DNA of 63,328 bases, filler included, from Reticulomyxa filosa (GCA_000512085.1; 23 parts of 23 records of this genome joined end to end with filler, not necessarily neighbours in it), one strand, 5' to 3'; numbered from the whole stretch's first letter, positions 45,939 to 59,607 are shown. Made by a program: numbers and translations. Notes: generated from the letters alone by a model not told the origin.

Positions 45939-48760
45939 CTACTTGTGTGATTGACCGTCATCAACTTTGAGCCACGACAAAAAATTTTTTTGTAATGAGT
46001 TTTTGCCATTTTGCCATGAATTTTCGCGATCATAATCTTGCGGGCGGTTATGATGATGTGACGAAGAAGCATCATGGCCGAGCTGCTCGTTCTTCTTGCT
46101 AAACGAGCCGTCCGAGTATCGTCTTTTGCGAATGGAATCTTTTCGATCGACTTTGGCGATCGAAAGAGGATTGTCAGTTTCATCTCTGTTTTGCTGCAAT
46201 GTCGACAATGCGGTGGATGGAACATGTCGTTCGACTTGCGAAGGAGATGTTCTTAAGCAGGCAATGGTGCTCATCCAATCGGTACGCTCAGTGTCACCGA
46301 CACACGCCAAAAAATATGTTCTGGACTTTGTTTCCAATGCAAATCCAAAGGAAAACTTGGAATCTGCTGTTGTTGTCATGGTGAGACGGTAGACCGAATT
46401 CAAGGGAATGATGCCCTTGTATTTGAAGGTGTCATGTGCATTTTCAAAATAATATAAGCAATTGTCATTTCGCAATGTAAAGTAGCGGCGGTTCCAATTG
46501 GAATTCCAGCTCCCTTTTTTGTGAAGATAACCTGCCATCAATACATCGACCTCGCCAAAATCAAAAGTTGAATCCTTTTTTGTATTATTTTATTTTATTT
46601 ATATATTCAACATGGAATATGATAGTGTGTATGTTTTTTTTTTCTCTCTTTATCTATCCCTCCTCCTCCAAAGATAAATCAAACTGCAATTTTGGCTCTC
46701 AATAACTTGGCTTGATCCGATTTGCCATACTTGGTGGCAGCAAGTACATGAATTCCGATAATTTGATTGGTAGTTTTGTCTTTGTTTACACAGCACCGTG
46801 ATTGATAGGGGGCAATCCGATATTGTTCAGCAAATGAAATCCAATCATTCCAGCGTGAATCAAATCCGTCATACTTTACCAATACTTGACATTTGCCCGG
46901 GTCGACTCCTATAACTTGGGCATTGTACCAGTATTCGTACGATCGGTCTAGTGCGTCCACTCTGCGTCCGATTTGTAATGCGGACGTGCTTATGTTGTTA
47001 TCTATAATAGTGCTGGATTCTAGGCTTTTGCGTGTTTTCTCTCCTATTCTTTATTATTATTATTATTATTGTTATTATTGTTATTATTTGTAATGTCATT
47101 TGATGAATAATTTGTCAATGAATCTGTTTTTATTTGTTTTGCATAATACCTTTCACTGATAAGGTTTGTATCAGAAACAATCGATTTGGAAGCTGGAGAA
47201 GATAAGAGTGGCTGTTTGCGATTCGTTTTCTCGGGTTGTTCGAATATCATTTCAGTGTCGTCGTCTAATCTTGAAAAAAAATCATCGTTTTCCTTTTGTT
47301 TTTGTTTTTGTTTTTCTTCGTCTCTTGTTTTCGCTTTCAATTCCACTTTTTCTTTTTCTTGCTCTTTTTGTTTATGGCTCTCTTTTGGTCTTTCTTGTGT
47401 CTGTTGAGACTCTTTGTTTTTTTCAGCTTCCAAATACTCTTTCATATCGTCGACGACTTTTTTATCGTCGTTAAAAAAGTCAAGTCCAAAATCTTCCCAG
47501 TTGTCTTCCTTTTTGATAGGTTGATAAGAAGGCACAGATACATCAAACATCGAAATTGATAAATTGGCCAATGGTTGTGACCGTAATTGTGGTTGCAGTT
47601 GCGATTGTAGCTGAGGCTGTGTCAGAGGCGATAATGATCGTGATTGTGATTGCGGTTGTTGTTGTTGTTGTTGTTGTCGCGGAGGTTGCAATTGAGATTT
47701 TAATAAAAGTGGAGAAGATAAATTAGCAGCAGATTGAGTTTTGGAAATAGGTTCGGGAACGTTTTGTTTTTGAGAGAAATTGGCCAATTCGGCAGATATT
47801 GCGGCTTGCTGAGAAGAAAATTTGTCGGATAATTCATGGAATAACGACAATGTCTGTTCATTTTGTTTATTCATGGATTGATGGATTAACTCTAATTCGC
47901 CACGGTAATCTTTTTGCACTGCTGTCACATTTTGCAATTGATTCGATAGATTGTGGAAATATGTGAACATTTGATTTTGTTGTGTTTGCTATGGTTTTTG
48001 TTGGTTTATTTGTTTATTTATGTATGTTATGTATGTTATGTATGTTATGTTTAGTGCTGTTTTTAAAAAAAAAAAACCATTTGTTGCAAAGCAGTAGCAA
48101 TGGCTTGCGTTTTGTCGTTCAATCGATCTTCCAACGCCGTGGATACATCACGATTATGCGTCGCGAATGACTTTTCCAACATTTCTTGCGTATTCAACTG
48201 CTGCATTTGGACCTGCAATCGCTGATTCACAAACTCCAAGTCCTTGTGAAGTTGTTCCATTTGTTCCTCTTTGTCAAGCAACACCAGTTGCAATTTCTTA
48301 TTTTCATCACGGGATTTTGACAGGTCTTCAATCACCTCTTCTTTTGCTTTCAAGTCTTCTTCGAGTTGCTGTAGCATAAAATAGTGAATGACATTACTGA
48401 TTAGTACTAAGCGCATTGCAAGTCATTTTGTATTAAAAGTCATAAAAAACCAAAACATGCCTGTATTTGCTCCTTTTTTTTTTCCAGTAAGACTTTGACA
48501 GCGTCGTGTTCTTCAGTTAACTGAGCAAGTTTTTTGGACTGCTCTTCGTTAACAACTTCTTTAATCATCAAATTGTCTTGACTATTGATGCGAGTAGTTG
48601 TGATGGCGTTTTTCGCCTTTAATTTTTTTGCAAATCGTTTACAATTTCTTCCAATTCTTTTATTCGTTTTTCCAGTTGCTCTCGCGTTCTCTTTTTGTTG
48701 ATTGTCGCTCTGTGTCATTGATTTTGTGTTGTGCAATTGTGAGGAATCACCACATTAGAT
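45939..48760 (-). CDS. Multi-exon protein (5'-partial): coiled coil, Q/S-rich linker, Tudor-like domain and PH domain
   Basis: Tudor-like GRRVDALDRSYEYWYNAQVI...VLVKYDGFDSRWNDWI and PH MAGYLHKKGSWNSNWNRRYFTL...ERTDWMSTI. Collinear exons are separated by GT-AG introns. Confidence 0.8.
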
Positions 48761-49634
48761 TTGCAATAAGAGGGTTTGTATACAATGGATGCCCTAAAAC
48801 ATTGCAAGGGGACACAAAAAAAAAAAAAAAAAAAAAAACTTGTTTNNNNNNNNNNNNNNNNNNNNNNNNNNNNNNNNNNNNNNNNNNNNTTAATTAATTA
48901 ANNNNNNNNNNNNNNNNNNNNNNNNNNNNNNNNNNNNNNNNNNNNAAGGTCCCATCCGTATTTGGGGATAATTTACTTTTTTGTTGAACAAGAAATGAAA
49001 GTGTTTTTGTTTGAAAAGTTTAATTAAAAGAAAAGTAAGTTGATATTAAACTTGTTTGATTTGGTTGAGCACAAACTGAAAGACGTGTTCTATCTTACTT
49101 TGTTGTTTAAAAAAGTTGAAAAAACTGCGTTTAATGTTTTTAAAGAATTGAAAAGCATAATAAATGAAAACTGTACTTTGAAAAAAATTAGATTATATTT
49201 TTGTAATCTTATAAAACTTTATTCAAGTCAATAGTGAATGATTGCAGATGGAACATCAACAATGTAAGAATATTGTTGAAAGATGACGAATTTATGACTT
49301 TGATGGCTAATGAAGACAGTAATTTGTTTTGAGAATATATTGAAAATTATCGAACTATGAGCAAATATTTGTAAATGTCTACACTTTTCTATGTTCAACC
49401 CCTTTTTTGTCACTTATTTTGTTTCCACAGTGGCATAATAAGCAAAGTGTGAATTATGCACAACATTAAATGAACTTTCAAATATCTTAAATTTACATCC
49501 TGTTGAAATAATTTTAATCAATTTTTCTGTTCGAAAACATCAAAAACTATTTAGAAATTATGCAAAGCAAATATATTCTTCCAGATATCATATTTTATAA
49601 TATGCTTTTACGTCACTTGAATAAATTTGACTTA

Positions 49635-49765
49635 CAGTAGGTTGCAAAGAAAACTGAACGCCTAAAACATATCTTATGATGATAATTGATTTTCTCCATG
49701 AAAAATCAACATTTAGACCTAATTTTTTTTTTAAAAATATCTATAAGTCTTGTAGTTTTTAAATG
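49635..49765 (+). mobile_element. Solo Tc1/mariner-type terminus
   Basis: TA|CAGTAGGTTGCAAAGAAAACTGAACGCCTAAAAC...ATGATGATAATTGATTTTCTCCATGAAAAATCAAC. Confidence 0.85.
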
Positions 49766-50204
49766 GAAAAATAAAACCTTGTTTGCAAGTAAAAAGGCAA
49801 AATACTAAAAAAATAAGTCCTTCATTTTCTTTCATTAACTATACTCATATTCTCTTTGTAGAGTTTTAGAAATTTGTTAATTGTTTGAAATGACAAAAAG
49901 AAGAATTCTGTCCAATAGAAAAAAATAATATTCAAATAATGGATGCTAACAATTTACAAAATGAAACATTTATTTCTCATTACAAAATTTATATTTATTA
50001 AATAAAACAAATTCATTTCAATTTTTTATTGATCCTTCGTGGTCTTAAAAAAAAAAAAAATTAAAAGCATCTTTTTCATCATCTTTGCATCATCAGAGCC
50101 CATCTCAAGAAAAAAAAACTTTACCTTAGTCATGAAAGTTTCGTTTAAGTTGTATTTTTAGGTTTTCATTATTGTTTTTATCATTTGCTTTATGATTGAA
50201 ACAG

Positions 50205-50306
50205 TCAAAAGAAGAAGAGATCCAAATCATTATTCATCATTGGATTAGAACATTCAACATTAAATTAGGATGGATCAAAGATTTCGATAAACTCGTTGTC
50301 AATTAT
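50205..50306 (+). CDS. Exon with the family linker motif that precedes WD40 repeats
   Basis: KEEEIQIIIHHWIRTFNIKLGWIKDFDKLVVNY is homologous to EIETIIEYWLRSLSIKIGWINDFTIITLKY at 52517-52606. Confidence 0.6.
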
Positions 50307-51568
50307 NNNNNNNNNNNNNNNNNNNNNNNNNNNNNNNNNNNNNNNNNNNNTTAATTAATTAANNNNNNNNNNNNNNNNNNNNNNNNNNNNNNNNNNNNNN
50401 NNNNNNGAACGCATAATTGGGTGTTTGGTTTTATAATTGTACTTTTCTTTTGTTTTATTTAGTGCCATGTCCTATTTTGGACCAGGTGCTTTTTCAACTT
50501 GCTTTTGTTTGCACTTTGGGGTTGAGGAAAGGGCGAAAATCGGTGATGAGTGGATGATGAAGCAAGGATCAGTCTGACACCTTCACGCCCTCCCAGTGCA
50601 AAAGCTTAAAAAAAAAAAAAAAAAAAAAGTGAATGTATTGAGTAATTTGGATGAACGAAATGTGTCAAACGATAATAAAGAAATAATAAAAACGTAAAGA
50701 ATTTAGACTTAACTTTCATTGATAAATTTAAGTTCATTCTTGAGCTTTTTTTAGTTTTTTCTTGAGAGATTTTTTGATTGAAAAAAATGAAAAACTGAAC
50801 TAATGTGTACATAAGAAATGAAAGATAAATGCTACATTGTAAAATATCTTTGCATCACAATAATCAATAACAACAATTTTATAATGCAGAAGGTTACTAT
50901 TTTTGAATTTTGTAAGCAGAAATGCTTTTTAGAATAAATTGTAAGATATTTGTGAATGAAATAAATAAGTGTTCATATTTTAATTATTCCTTTAAAGTTA
51001 AAAATAATAGAAAAGACCCTATCAAACTAATTTCTAATTGCGTATTAAACTCAATTTTAAACAATTACAGATATTAATTCTATTTTTTTTCAAATTTTTG
51101 ATTTAGCAAATCAAACAAAAATTATTATCCAATTGCTCATGAAAGGAGAGAGTATTTTTATGACAAAGAGTCTTCAAAATTTTTTTGCAAATATGCAATT
51201 AGTCCATAAATCCATTCGAGAAAAGCTATTAATGATTTTGTCGCAATTTGGTGAACAACAAAGAAAATAAAATGAATAATTTTCCATTGTTCATCCAATC
51301 TCTCAAAAGTACAATGTATTATTTGTTAATTCGCACTGCCCTTTGTAACCTGATTGCTAACCGGACTTCTAAGGATTACACAATACCTTTAGAATAGCTA
51401 AGTAATTTTAATTTAAAGTTGGATTTATAAAATTTGATTTTCTGTTTTATTGAACAACTTGTTTCTTGAGACAATTTTTTTAGGTTAGAAAATTTTAATA
51501 GTTTCATTAATCTCACAAAAATTGCCTCTTACAATAAATAAAAAATATTTGTTGACAAGCAATTTTGT

Positions 51569-53540
51569 TCACATTAGCGTCCACATACGAATTGTATTAT
51601 CCCTAGAAGATGACACAATAATATTACCATCTGGAGAAACATCCACTCCTGCTGTATCATCACTATGTCCTTGCAATTGTTGTATTTCCATTCCTGCTTT
51701 CAAATCCCATAATCGAATTACTTTGCTAAAATGACATACGATAGTTTGTTCATCAAGAAATTGAATATTGTTTATACCCCTGCAATGCAAATAAAATTGT
51801 TTTAATTGCATTCCTGATGTTACATCCCATAATCGAATTGTTTCATCGCTTGAACTAGACACAATGAATAAACCACTTCGAGAAAACTGTGCTGCCAATA
51901 TTTGATTTTTATGCCCTTTTAGAGTACTAATTATGTCACCAGATTTTAAATCCAAAATTTGAATTATTGTATTATTTGAAAATGATATAAGCTGTTCACC
52001 ATTTGGAAAATATTTTACATCCAAAAAACTCCCAAACTTTCCTTTTATACTTTTCATCTCTTGTCCAAATTGTATACTCCATATCCTTATAGTGTCATCT
52101 AATAATGCAAATAGAATATTTTTTCCATCTGGTGAAAAGTGTATACTTTTTACAATATTTGCATATCCTTCTAATCTTAATACTTCTACACTTGATTTCA
52201 CATCCCATAATCGAATAGTTTCATCATATGAAGATGATGCAATTAAATTACTATCTGGTGAGAATTGTAAATTAAAAATAGTACTTGAATGACCACTTAA
52301 TACATGTGTTTCTTTTTCTAGTTTTATATCCCATATTTGAATTGTATTACCTAATGATACTGTAATTTTGGTACTATCTGGTGAAAATTTTACTCTACCC
52401 ACAGACCCAGACTTCAATTGAAATACTTTTGATGGTTTAAAATATTTTCTCTATTTTTTTTTATGTTATAATCTTGTTAATGTATTATTCTTCGCAACAA
52501 AAAAAATTACCAAAATATATTTTAAAGTGATAATAGTAAAATCGTTAATCCATCCAATTTTAATTGATAATGAACGGAGCCAATATTCGATTATCGTTTC
52601 AATTTCGTTTAATCTCTTTTTCTTTTTTTTTGTAAGTATTGTAAATGTACAAATAAATTAAAAAAACAAAAAGAAAACAACCAAACTTTCCATTCTTCAA
52701 TATCAAAATCTCCTGTTATATTTTTTAATTGTTTTTTAATTCTGTCAATGTTCATTTTTTCTCTTTCTTCTATAATCCATTGTCTTTCTTTTTCAGTTTC
52801 TTCTTCTCTCATCCATTCCTTTACTTTTGTTTTAAAATTAGTTGATGATTTATTATTTTGATAATTTCCTCCAAAAAAATATATGTAATTGCGATCTTCA
52901 CTTAATGTTCCCGTACAACCTTTTAATGAAATAGTCAAATTGTATTCAAATTCAATCCATTTATTTTTTGAAATAGAATATTTATAAATTGCTTTGGAAG
53001 TATCGATAAATGGACCAGTATGACCATCAAAAAATAATATGAAATCATCAACATAAACATAAGCATATTCATTAAATAATCGAATTGTTGAACAAATCCA
53101 AACGTCATTAAATTGAAATGTATTATTACCCTCATTATAGTCAATTGATAATCCTATATTTTTACAAAATAATAACATTTTGTTGTTATTATTTGTATTA
53201 TCTTTTATTAATATAAAACAATGATATCGTATCCAATCGCCACTCACAATTGGTAGAATATCTTTTTTAATAAATTGTAATTTATCTAAGTCAAATATTT
53301 CAATATTTTTGGGGTAATATGTAATGAATAATAAATTATTATTATTACCACCTATTATTCCACGCACACCACGATAATCGTCTTTATTTTTACCAATAAT
53401 TATTGAATTATTCTCTTTATCAATTAAAGAAGTCCATTCATTTATATGTTTTATTATATCATTGTTATTGCTATTATTATCATTATCCCAAACACTTACA
53501 TATTTCATTATTAATGTGTGTTTTTTTTGACCATTACTTT
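51569..53540 (-). CDS. Kelch-like propeller, linker and WD40 propeller protein, 5'-partial
   Basis: Kelch-like exon 52680-53540, a short linker exon, and a WD40 exon with repeated GH...FSPDG..I.SSS.D.TIRLWD motifs. Confidence 0.85.
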
Positions 53541-54909
53541 NNNNNNNNNNNNNNNNNNNNNNNNNNNNNNNNNNNNNNNNNNNNTTAATTAATTAANNNN
53601 NNNNNNNNNNNNNNNNNNNNNNNNNNNNNNNNNNNNNNNNTTAGCTTATTATTATATGTTGAAATTTATCACATTTCCATTGCATCAAATGTTTTCTAAA
53701 GCGTTTGAAATAATGTAGGATTTTGTTATGTTAATCACATTTATTTCACATAACACAACAAAACAAATACAAATGTTTTGTGGATATCTATTTGAAATAT
53801 CTTATCATACAATTCACCAGTTTATAATTTTCATTTCTTAAAAGGGTACTTTCCAACAAATAATCTTTTGGAATAAAGATTTGAATACTCTTTTTTGTTA
53901 CCACAAGAAAGTTCAGTTTTGTTATAGTATTTTTATTGCCCTTCAACTGATCTTTGTTTGTCTTTGGAATTTAGACATAGCAACAAAAGTCTCTTCAAAA
54001 AAATATGAAGAGGTCGCATAAATATGTTATATAAGTGAGATTACTTATTCCAAGGTTGTCTATATTTTCTAAAAAGGGGAATTGACGATTATTTCAACCT
54101 GTCCTTATTTCAGACAATTAATCGAATTTCTCACACGAAAGTAGAATATTTTCAAACAATGTTTTGTCTAAGAGTCTCTTTGTATATTCCATGTTTTAAT
54201 TGTTAGAATGTTTTTAATTATTGACATTGATATTGCAACGACAAATAAACCTTGTCAATTGTTTTCATTATTCATAACAGTGTTGTTATTCAATAACTAT
54301 CAGTTGATCTAAATAAAAAGGAAAAGAATTTTAAGCATTTCTTCTTTTCCTGTTATTTTTAACAAAATCGCGAAAATGAAAAACTTTAAAATCGCACATG
54401 TTTTTGTTACTCAAGTGTAATCATTGAATGACCTTTGCTCTTGAGTTTTTTCAGCTTTCTACTTATTAGCGTGGATCCTTTCTTAAAAGGAAGGGAGTAC
54501 ATGAAGCAGAGCAGATTCATATAAAAAGGGCTTGAGTAGTTTTATGGCCAGAAATAGTTTAGTGTTAGATTTTCTAATTCCCCCTTTGCAAACACAAACT
54601 GGTTGAAAAAAGAACAAACAGTGATGATGATCGATTTTTGTAATTTGGATTTGCTTTTGAACAGAAAAATCTTCAAATAGGAAGTTCTCCTACTTTGGCA
54701 TTAAAAAAAGGGAACTACATCCTCCGTTTAATTATCCGCTCATCAAAAAACAAAGTTTTTCCTAAAATATAATAATTTGGCATATATATTTTTCCAACTT
54801 ATAAGTCTATCTGTTTTTTAAAAAAGACTTTTTTTTTGTATGAAAATTCAACTCCAAAAACTTTTTTTTAGAGCTTCAATTGATCATTATTTATAAAATA
54901 AAAAAGATA

Positions 54910-55365
54910 ATGAAGCAAACAACTGAAGAAAACTCAAAAGATGAAGTAAAAACTGAAGCAACTTCGCTTTCATTTGTGCAGTCATGCTTTAACAAAGATT
55001 GGGTTTTACGGTCCTACGCACAAGAATACATTCAACATTTCATTTGTTTGATTTGCAAACAAATTGCAAACAATCCAATGGAAATCGAATGCCCACAACA
55101 TGAAAATATGGATGAAACATTGATTGCTGGAGAGAATTGTCTAAAGTTATTCTTTAAAAATCACAATAACTATTGCCCAATTCAACCACATGACAATTGC
55201 CATTATTCAAAAAGTAATTTAGCACGAAGACAAATTGGTGACTTAACTGTGATGTGCATAAGACAATTTGAACAAGAGTTGAAGATATCAAATGAAACTG
55301 AAGGAGAAGGAGAAATACCAGGAGTGATTAAATGTGATTTCAAAGGAAAATTAAAAGATTTAAAT
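54910..55365 (+). CDS. N-terminal RING-like/TRAF-type zinc-finger region of an expanded family, 3'-partial
   Basis: FICLICKQIANNPMEIECPQH...GENCLKLF...CPIQPH...IGDLTVMCIRQF...CDFKGKLKDL resembles a TRAF N-terminal RING plus first zinc finger. Confidence 0.75.
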
Positions 55366-55465
55366 NNNNNNNNNNNNNNNNNNNNNNNNNNNNNNNNNNN
55401 NNNNNNNNNTTAATTAATTAANNNNNNNNNNNNNNNNNNNNNNNNNNNNNNNNNNNNNNNNNNNN

Positions 55466-56220
55466 GCGTAGTTGACTGAAGGATCATCCATTTTGTTTAC
55501 ACTGACTATCAATTGTTCAATTCCGAAAAAGTAGCATAATCGAGCATGTTGTCGGATTTGTCCTTGAATTTCTCTATTATTTTATTTTTAAATGATATAA
55601 AAAAAAAAGAAATTTATTAAGAAAATTATTACGAATTTTCTTGCACTTGTCATTACAAATAAACATACCCTTTTTTGTTATTTCCTTTCGCAATCGAGGC
55701 TTCAAATCCACCTTTGTTTGCAGGCACCACCAGTAAAGCGACATTAGCATGCGAAGCTCCGCTGATCATGTTCCTAATGAAATCTCTACATTTTTTTTTT
55801 TTTAAGTAAAATATTTATACTTTCAAATAATTTGACAATTCACCTGTGGCCAGGGGGATCAATAATTGTGTAACGCCAGGTTGGGGTAAAGAACTCTCGG
55901 GTTGTGGAAACAATTGTCACACCACGGGCTCTATCCTTTGATTGGTCCAAATAAAATGCAAACAAAGTTGAACTGCTTCCCAATTCTTGAGCTTCTTTCT
56001 TGAATTTTTCCAATTCTCTGTCACTCAAATCTCCTAATTCGAATAATAAACGACACATGATTGTGAGCTTGCCTGCATCGACGTGTCCTGTAACAGAAAA
56101 AAAATCATAACATTTTTTTGTTTGTTAAAAAAAACTAAGAAAAAAAATTCGAAAAAAAAAAATAAACCGACGACTGACAATTCCCAAATCTTTTTTTACT
56201 TGTTTTGGATCAGCTGCCAT
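55466..56220 (-). pseudogene. EFL: Elongation factor-like (EFL) GTPase; divergent or decaying copy, 3'-partial
   Basis: GHVDAGKLT...LLFELG...FAFYLD...RGVTIVSTTREFFT...[20 protein letters not shown]...[10 protein letters not shown]...[25 protein letters not shown] is EFL-type rather than EF1A-type. Lesions: P-loop S-to-L change and an apparent extra base in exon 1. Confidence 0.82.
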
Positions 56221-56507
56221 TATTGTTGACTAAACAGGGGAATGTAAATTATAAAAAAAGGGAGAACCCAAAAACAAATCGTAAAGATTTTTTTAAAAAA
56301 ACCGTTCCAAACTTCTCGAGTTTTTGTACAACGTCCTAGTTTTCTGCATGTGGTTACACACCAGTGCCAGCATTCAAAATGAAACGTACAAATGATTTTC
56401 AAATTAGAAATGTTTCGACGCTTCGCATAGAAACGCTGTTGATTGAGATGTTTAAGAGTACATACTTTCTTTTCTTTTAAAAAGAGAGGGGGTAGCGTTT
56501 TAGCTTA

Positions 56508-57205
56508 ATGGACGAAGAGTTAATTCGAGTGCTAGGACGATTTCGTCCAATAAGTAAGAAAAGCGTCATGCAGAAAAAGAAGTGTGGTTTTTCAATTCTT
56601 GTCTTAACACGAAGTTTGGACAACAGCAAAAAACATGGATACATTTTGAGCGACAGTATGAAAAAAATGAAGGAAAAAAAAAAAGGAGTTAATAGACATG
56701 CCTCCAGTATATCTAGACTTGCAAAGTGTGAAGTTGGTACGATACAACGAAAACTCACAGAAGCCATACAAGTGTACATTGGATGGCTGACTTTTTTTTT
56801 CAAAGTTGTCTATTAACTGATTTAAAACTTTGTTGATGTACGATTATTCTTCAAGTCCACGTAAGTTGCGAGAAGTCTCTTATTACACGCATTTATGTTT
56901 TGTTTTTAGGTTGCTACTTGCACGTTGGACTAACCCAAGAAAAGAACGCAAAGGCAAGTGAGGGGGGGAGGGAAGAGGCAAAAAAAAAAAAACTAGTAAA
57001 TAATGTCGATATATTGCTACAACTTTTCAGTCTTGTGCCCAGCATTAAGATTGGGAATCCTAAGAAAGGGTCGCTTATGGCTGCGAACAAGTGAGCGAAG
57101 CATTTCCACAGCAGTATTGACTTCACTGCGTTCTTCGTTGGACATGTACCTGAAATCAAGCAAGCACGACGTGCTCAAAGTAAGATCTTCAGAAGACGTC
57201 TGGTA
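56508..57205 (+). CDS. Multi-exon gene fragment with a kinesin-like first strand
   Basis: MDEELIRVLGRFRPI resembles the kinesin motor start. No P-loop was recovered. Confidence 0.25.
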
Positions 57206-57379
57206 ATACGAATAGGATTTTTTTTTGAAGTTTAAAAAAAAAAAAANNNNNNNNNNNNNNNNNNNNNNNNNNNNNNNNNNNNNNNNNNNNTTAATTAATT
57301 AANNNNNNNNNNNNNNNNNNNNNNNNNNNNNNNNNNNNNNNNNNNNAAAAAAAAACTTCAAAAAAAAAAAAAGGGTTAC

Positions 57380-57713
57380 GACACTGAACTTGATGAACGA
57401 GATATAGCCACCACAATGGTTGCATATCGTAAAGCATTCATTTGCGATCGGACATCGCGGATTATCTTCTCTTCAAATGTGATCCAATCGACATTTGATT
57501 GCCATTTCTTTGACAACATTTCTTCAATTGTATCTGTCAGCTGGTGATATAGTCTTTTTTTTTTTTTTCTAGTAAGAATTTTTTACATCTTTTCACAAGT
57601 AAAAACCACACAACAAACTCAACTTTCTCCGATAAAAACTCTGAGCATTGCGTCAAAGGACCTGCAAGTTCAGGGAATAATTCTATCTGATTATCCAAAT
57701 AGGTTAAAGCCAT
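57380..57713 (-). CDS. PSMD13: 26S proteasome lid subunit Rpn9, N-terminal part
   Basis: MALTYLDNQIELFPELAGPLTQCSEFLSEK/LYHQLTDTIEEML...FEEKIIRDVRSQMNALRYATIVVAISR matches the K-LWHQLT...FI...N.L pattern. Confidence 0.8.
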
Positions 57714-58224
57714 GCTTGGTATCAAATGGGTTTTTTAATTTATATAATGAAGGGTTATTGAGGTTTTTTTAAATTTCTTTGACTCCCGAACACAAACTTT
57801 AAAGAAAAGTAAAACTTCGGCTTCGAACCATTGTAGCATTTCAAAAATAAAGACCTTACATTAAAAAAAGATTGCGGTTATATTAGCTGTTATCTGTGCT
57901 CTTGATAACTTTTTGTGCTTTAGTATTGTTTACTATTTTAAACGTGAATCCATTTGTCGGTAGTTCTTAATTTTTTTTTTTGCATCATGTGATTGACACA
58001 AATTAAACTAAATGTGTATTTATCACATGAAAGTAATTGCAAATATTGATACTTATAAAATGTTCAAACAAACAATGTAGAAATATCCAAAAAAAAAAAA
58101 AAAGAAGGAGAGTGTTTGGTTGATAATTTTGCGTTAGCATATTGTAAACTGAAAATATTTATTAAACTTTTTTTAAACCAAAAAGAAAAGGAGATGGACA
58201 GAGAGAAACATGGACACACATGGA

Positions 58225-59607
58225 TCAAGTGTCACTTTCATCATCCTCAAATTCTTCCGATACATCTTCCTCTTCTGCGTTGTGTCTTTTCCGTAAGCGT
58301 TCCAATTGCTCCACGACCGTTTTGTATTCTTTCATCACCTGGTCTAATTGAGTGTGGACATTTTGTACCTCTGCGAACATTTTTTCTTTGACTTTGAGAT
58401 GCATTTCCATTTCTCTGGTCCGTTTTATTAGTTCTTTTTCCATGGATTGCAAGCGATCTTTGGCCACCCACAAAACGGATGGGATGGCTTTCTTTTTATC
58501 CTATAACAGAAACCATACAGTCGATATAGAAGACGATAATAATAATAATAATAATAACAATAATAATAATAAAACATATGAAACTTGATTGAATTGCCAA
58601 ATATATTTCAAATAAGTCAATTTTTGCGAAAGCAATCGATTACAAAGCATTTGCAAGGTGGAGTTATTATCAGCCTGGTTGAGCTGCTGTTCGACAGCGA
58701 CGACGCAAGGTTGGCACTTGAGCCATTGTTGCCTGTGCTTATCCTCGGCTTCAATGGTAACACTTTCATTGGCGTCAATTGTGGCGTCCGAAATGACTTT
58801 GAAAAAGTCGTTAAAGTTGGAATTGGACGATTGATTCATCACCCTTTGCACCAACGCATCCACCGGTTTCAGTTGGTCACACATTCCCAAGTATTTTTGC
58901 ACCACGTTTAGTTGAGCGTTTATCGATGCATTGTTTGTCAAAAGGAAATTGGACAAGTCTTTTGATCCTTCGGATTGAAGTTTAGTCTTTTAACACAAAT
59001 ATATACATATATATATATATATATGTATATATTTGTGTTAAAAGAATATGCAAATTTAATACTTGAATAGATATGACAACATAACTCTAACCTGAAAGTC
59101 AAGGATTTGTTGATCTTTGGCATGCAACAGTTCGTTTTGATCGGCGACTTTTTGTGTTAGTCCGTCAATGTTTTCTTTTTGTTTGGACAACACTTCGTCA
59201 TTTTCGCCCAGCTGTTGCTTGAGTTGTACGACCTCAGTTTGCAGTTGCTGTCTTTCCTTTTCGGCTCTGAGGTTCAATTCGCTGAACTCATTCTTCGCGT
59301 GGTCGCGCTCCTGCTCCACCTCTTTCAACTTGTCCTTCGCCTCGTCTCGGTCCTTATGTATCCCGTCAATCGTGGATTGCAACAGCTCCAGCTCTTCGTT
59401 GCGCTTGCGTTCAATCTCGTTCTTCTCGTGGATGATCGTTTCGATCTTTTGGTTCAACAGCTGTACCGTCGACGACTCCTCGCCGCTCTGCGCTTTTATC
59501 TTGCTTATTTGTTGGTTCAATGCGTCATTCTCTCGCCGCACCTGTTGATACGCTTCTTCTACTTCCGACACCTTTTGCGCATGCAATCTTTTCATTTCGT
59601 CCATCTT
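58225..59607 (-). CDS. Long coiled-coil protein, 3' exons
   Basis: Three heptad-rich E/K/Q exons (59090-59607, 58585-58990, 58225-58500), ending in an acidic tail. Confidence 0.75.

Noticed and set aside
47050-47092. Poly-Asn tract from (AAT)n, also at 58535-58570
   Set aside because: These are intronic microsatellites read through by the ORF caller.
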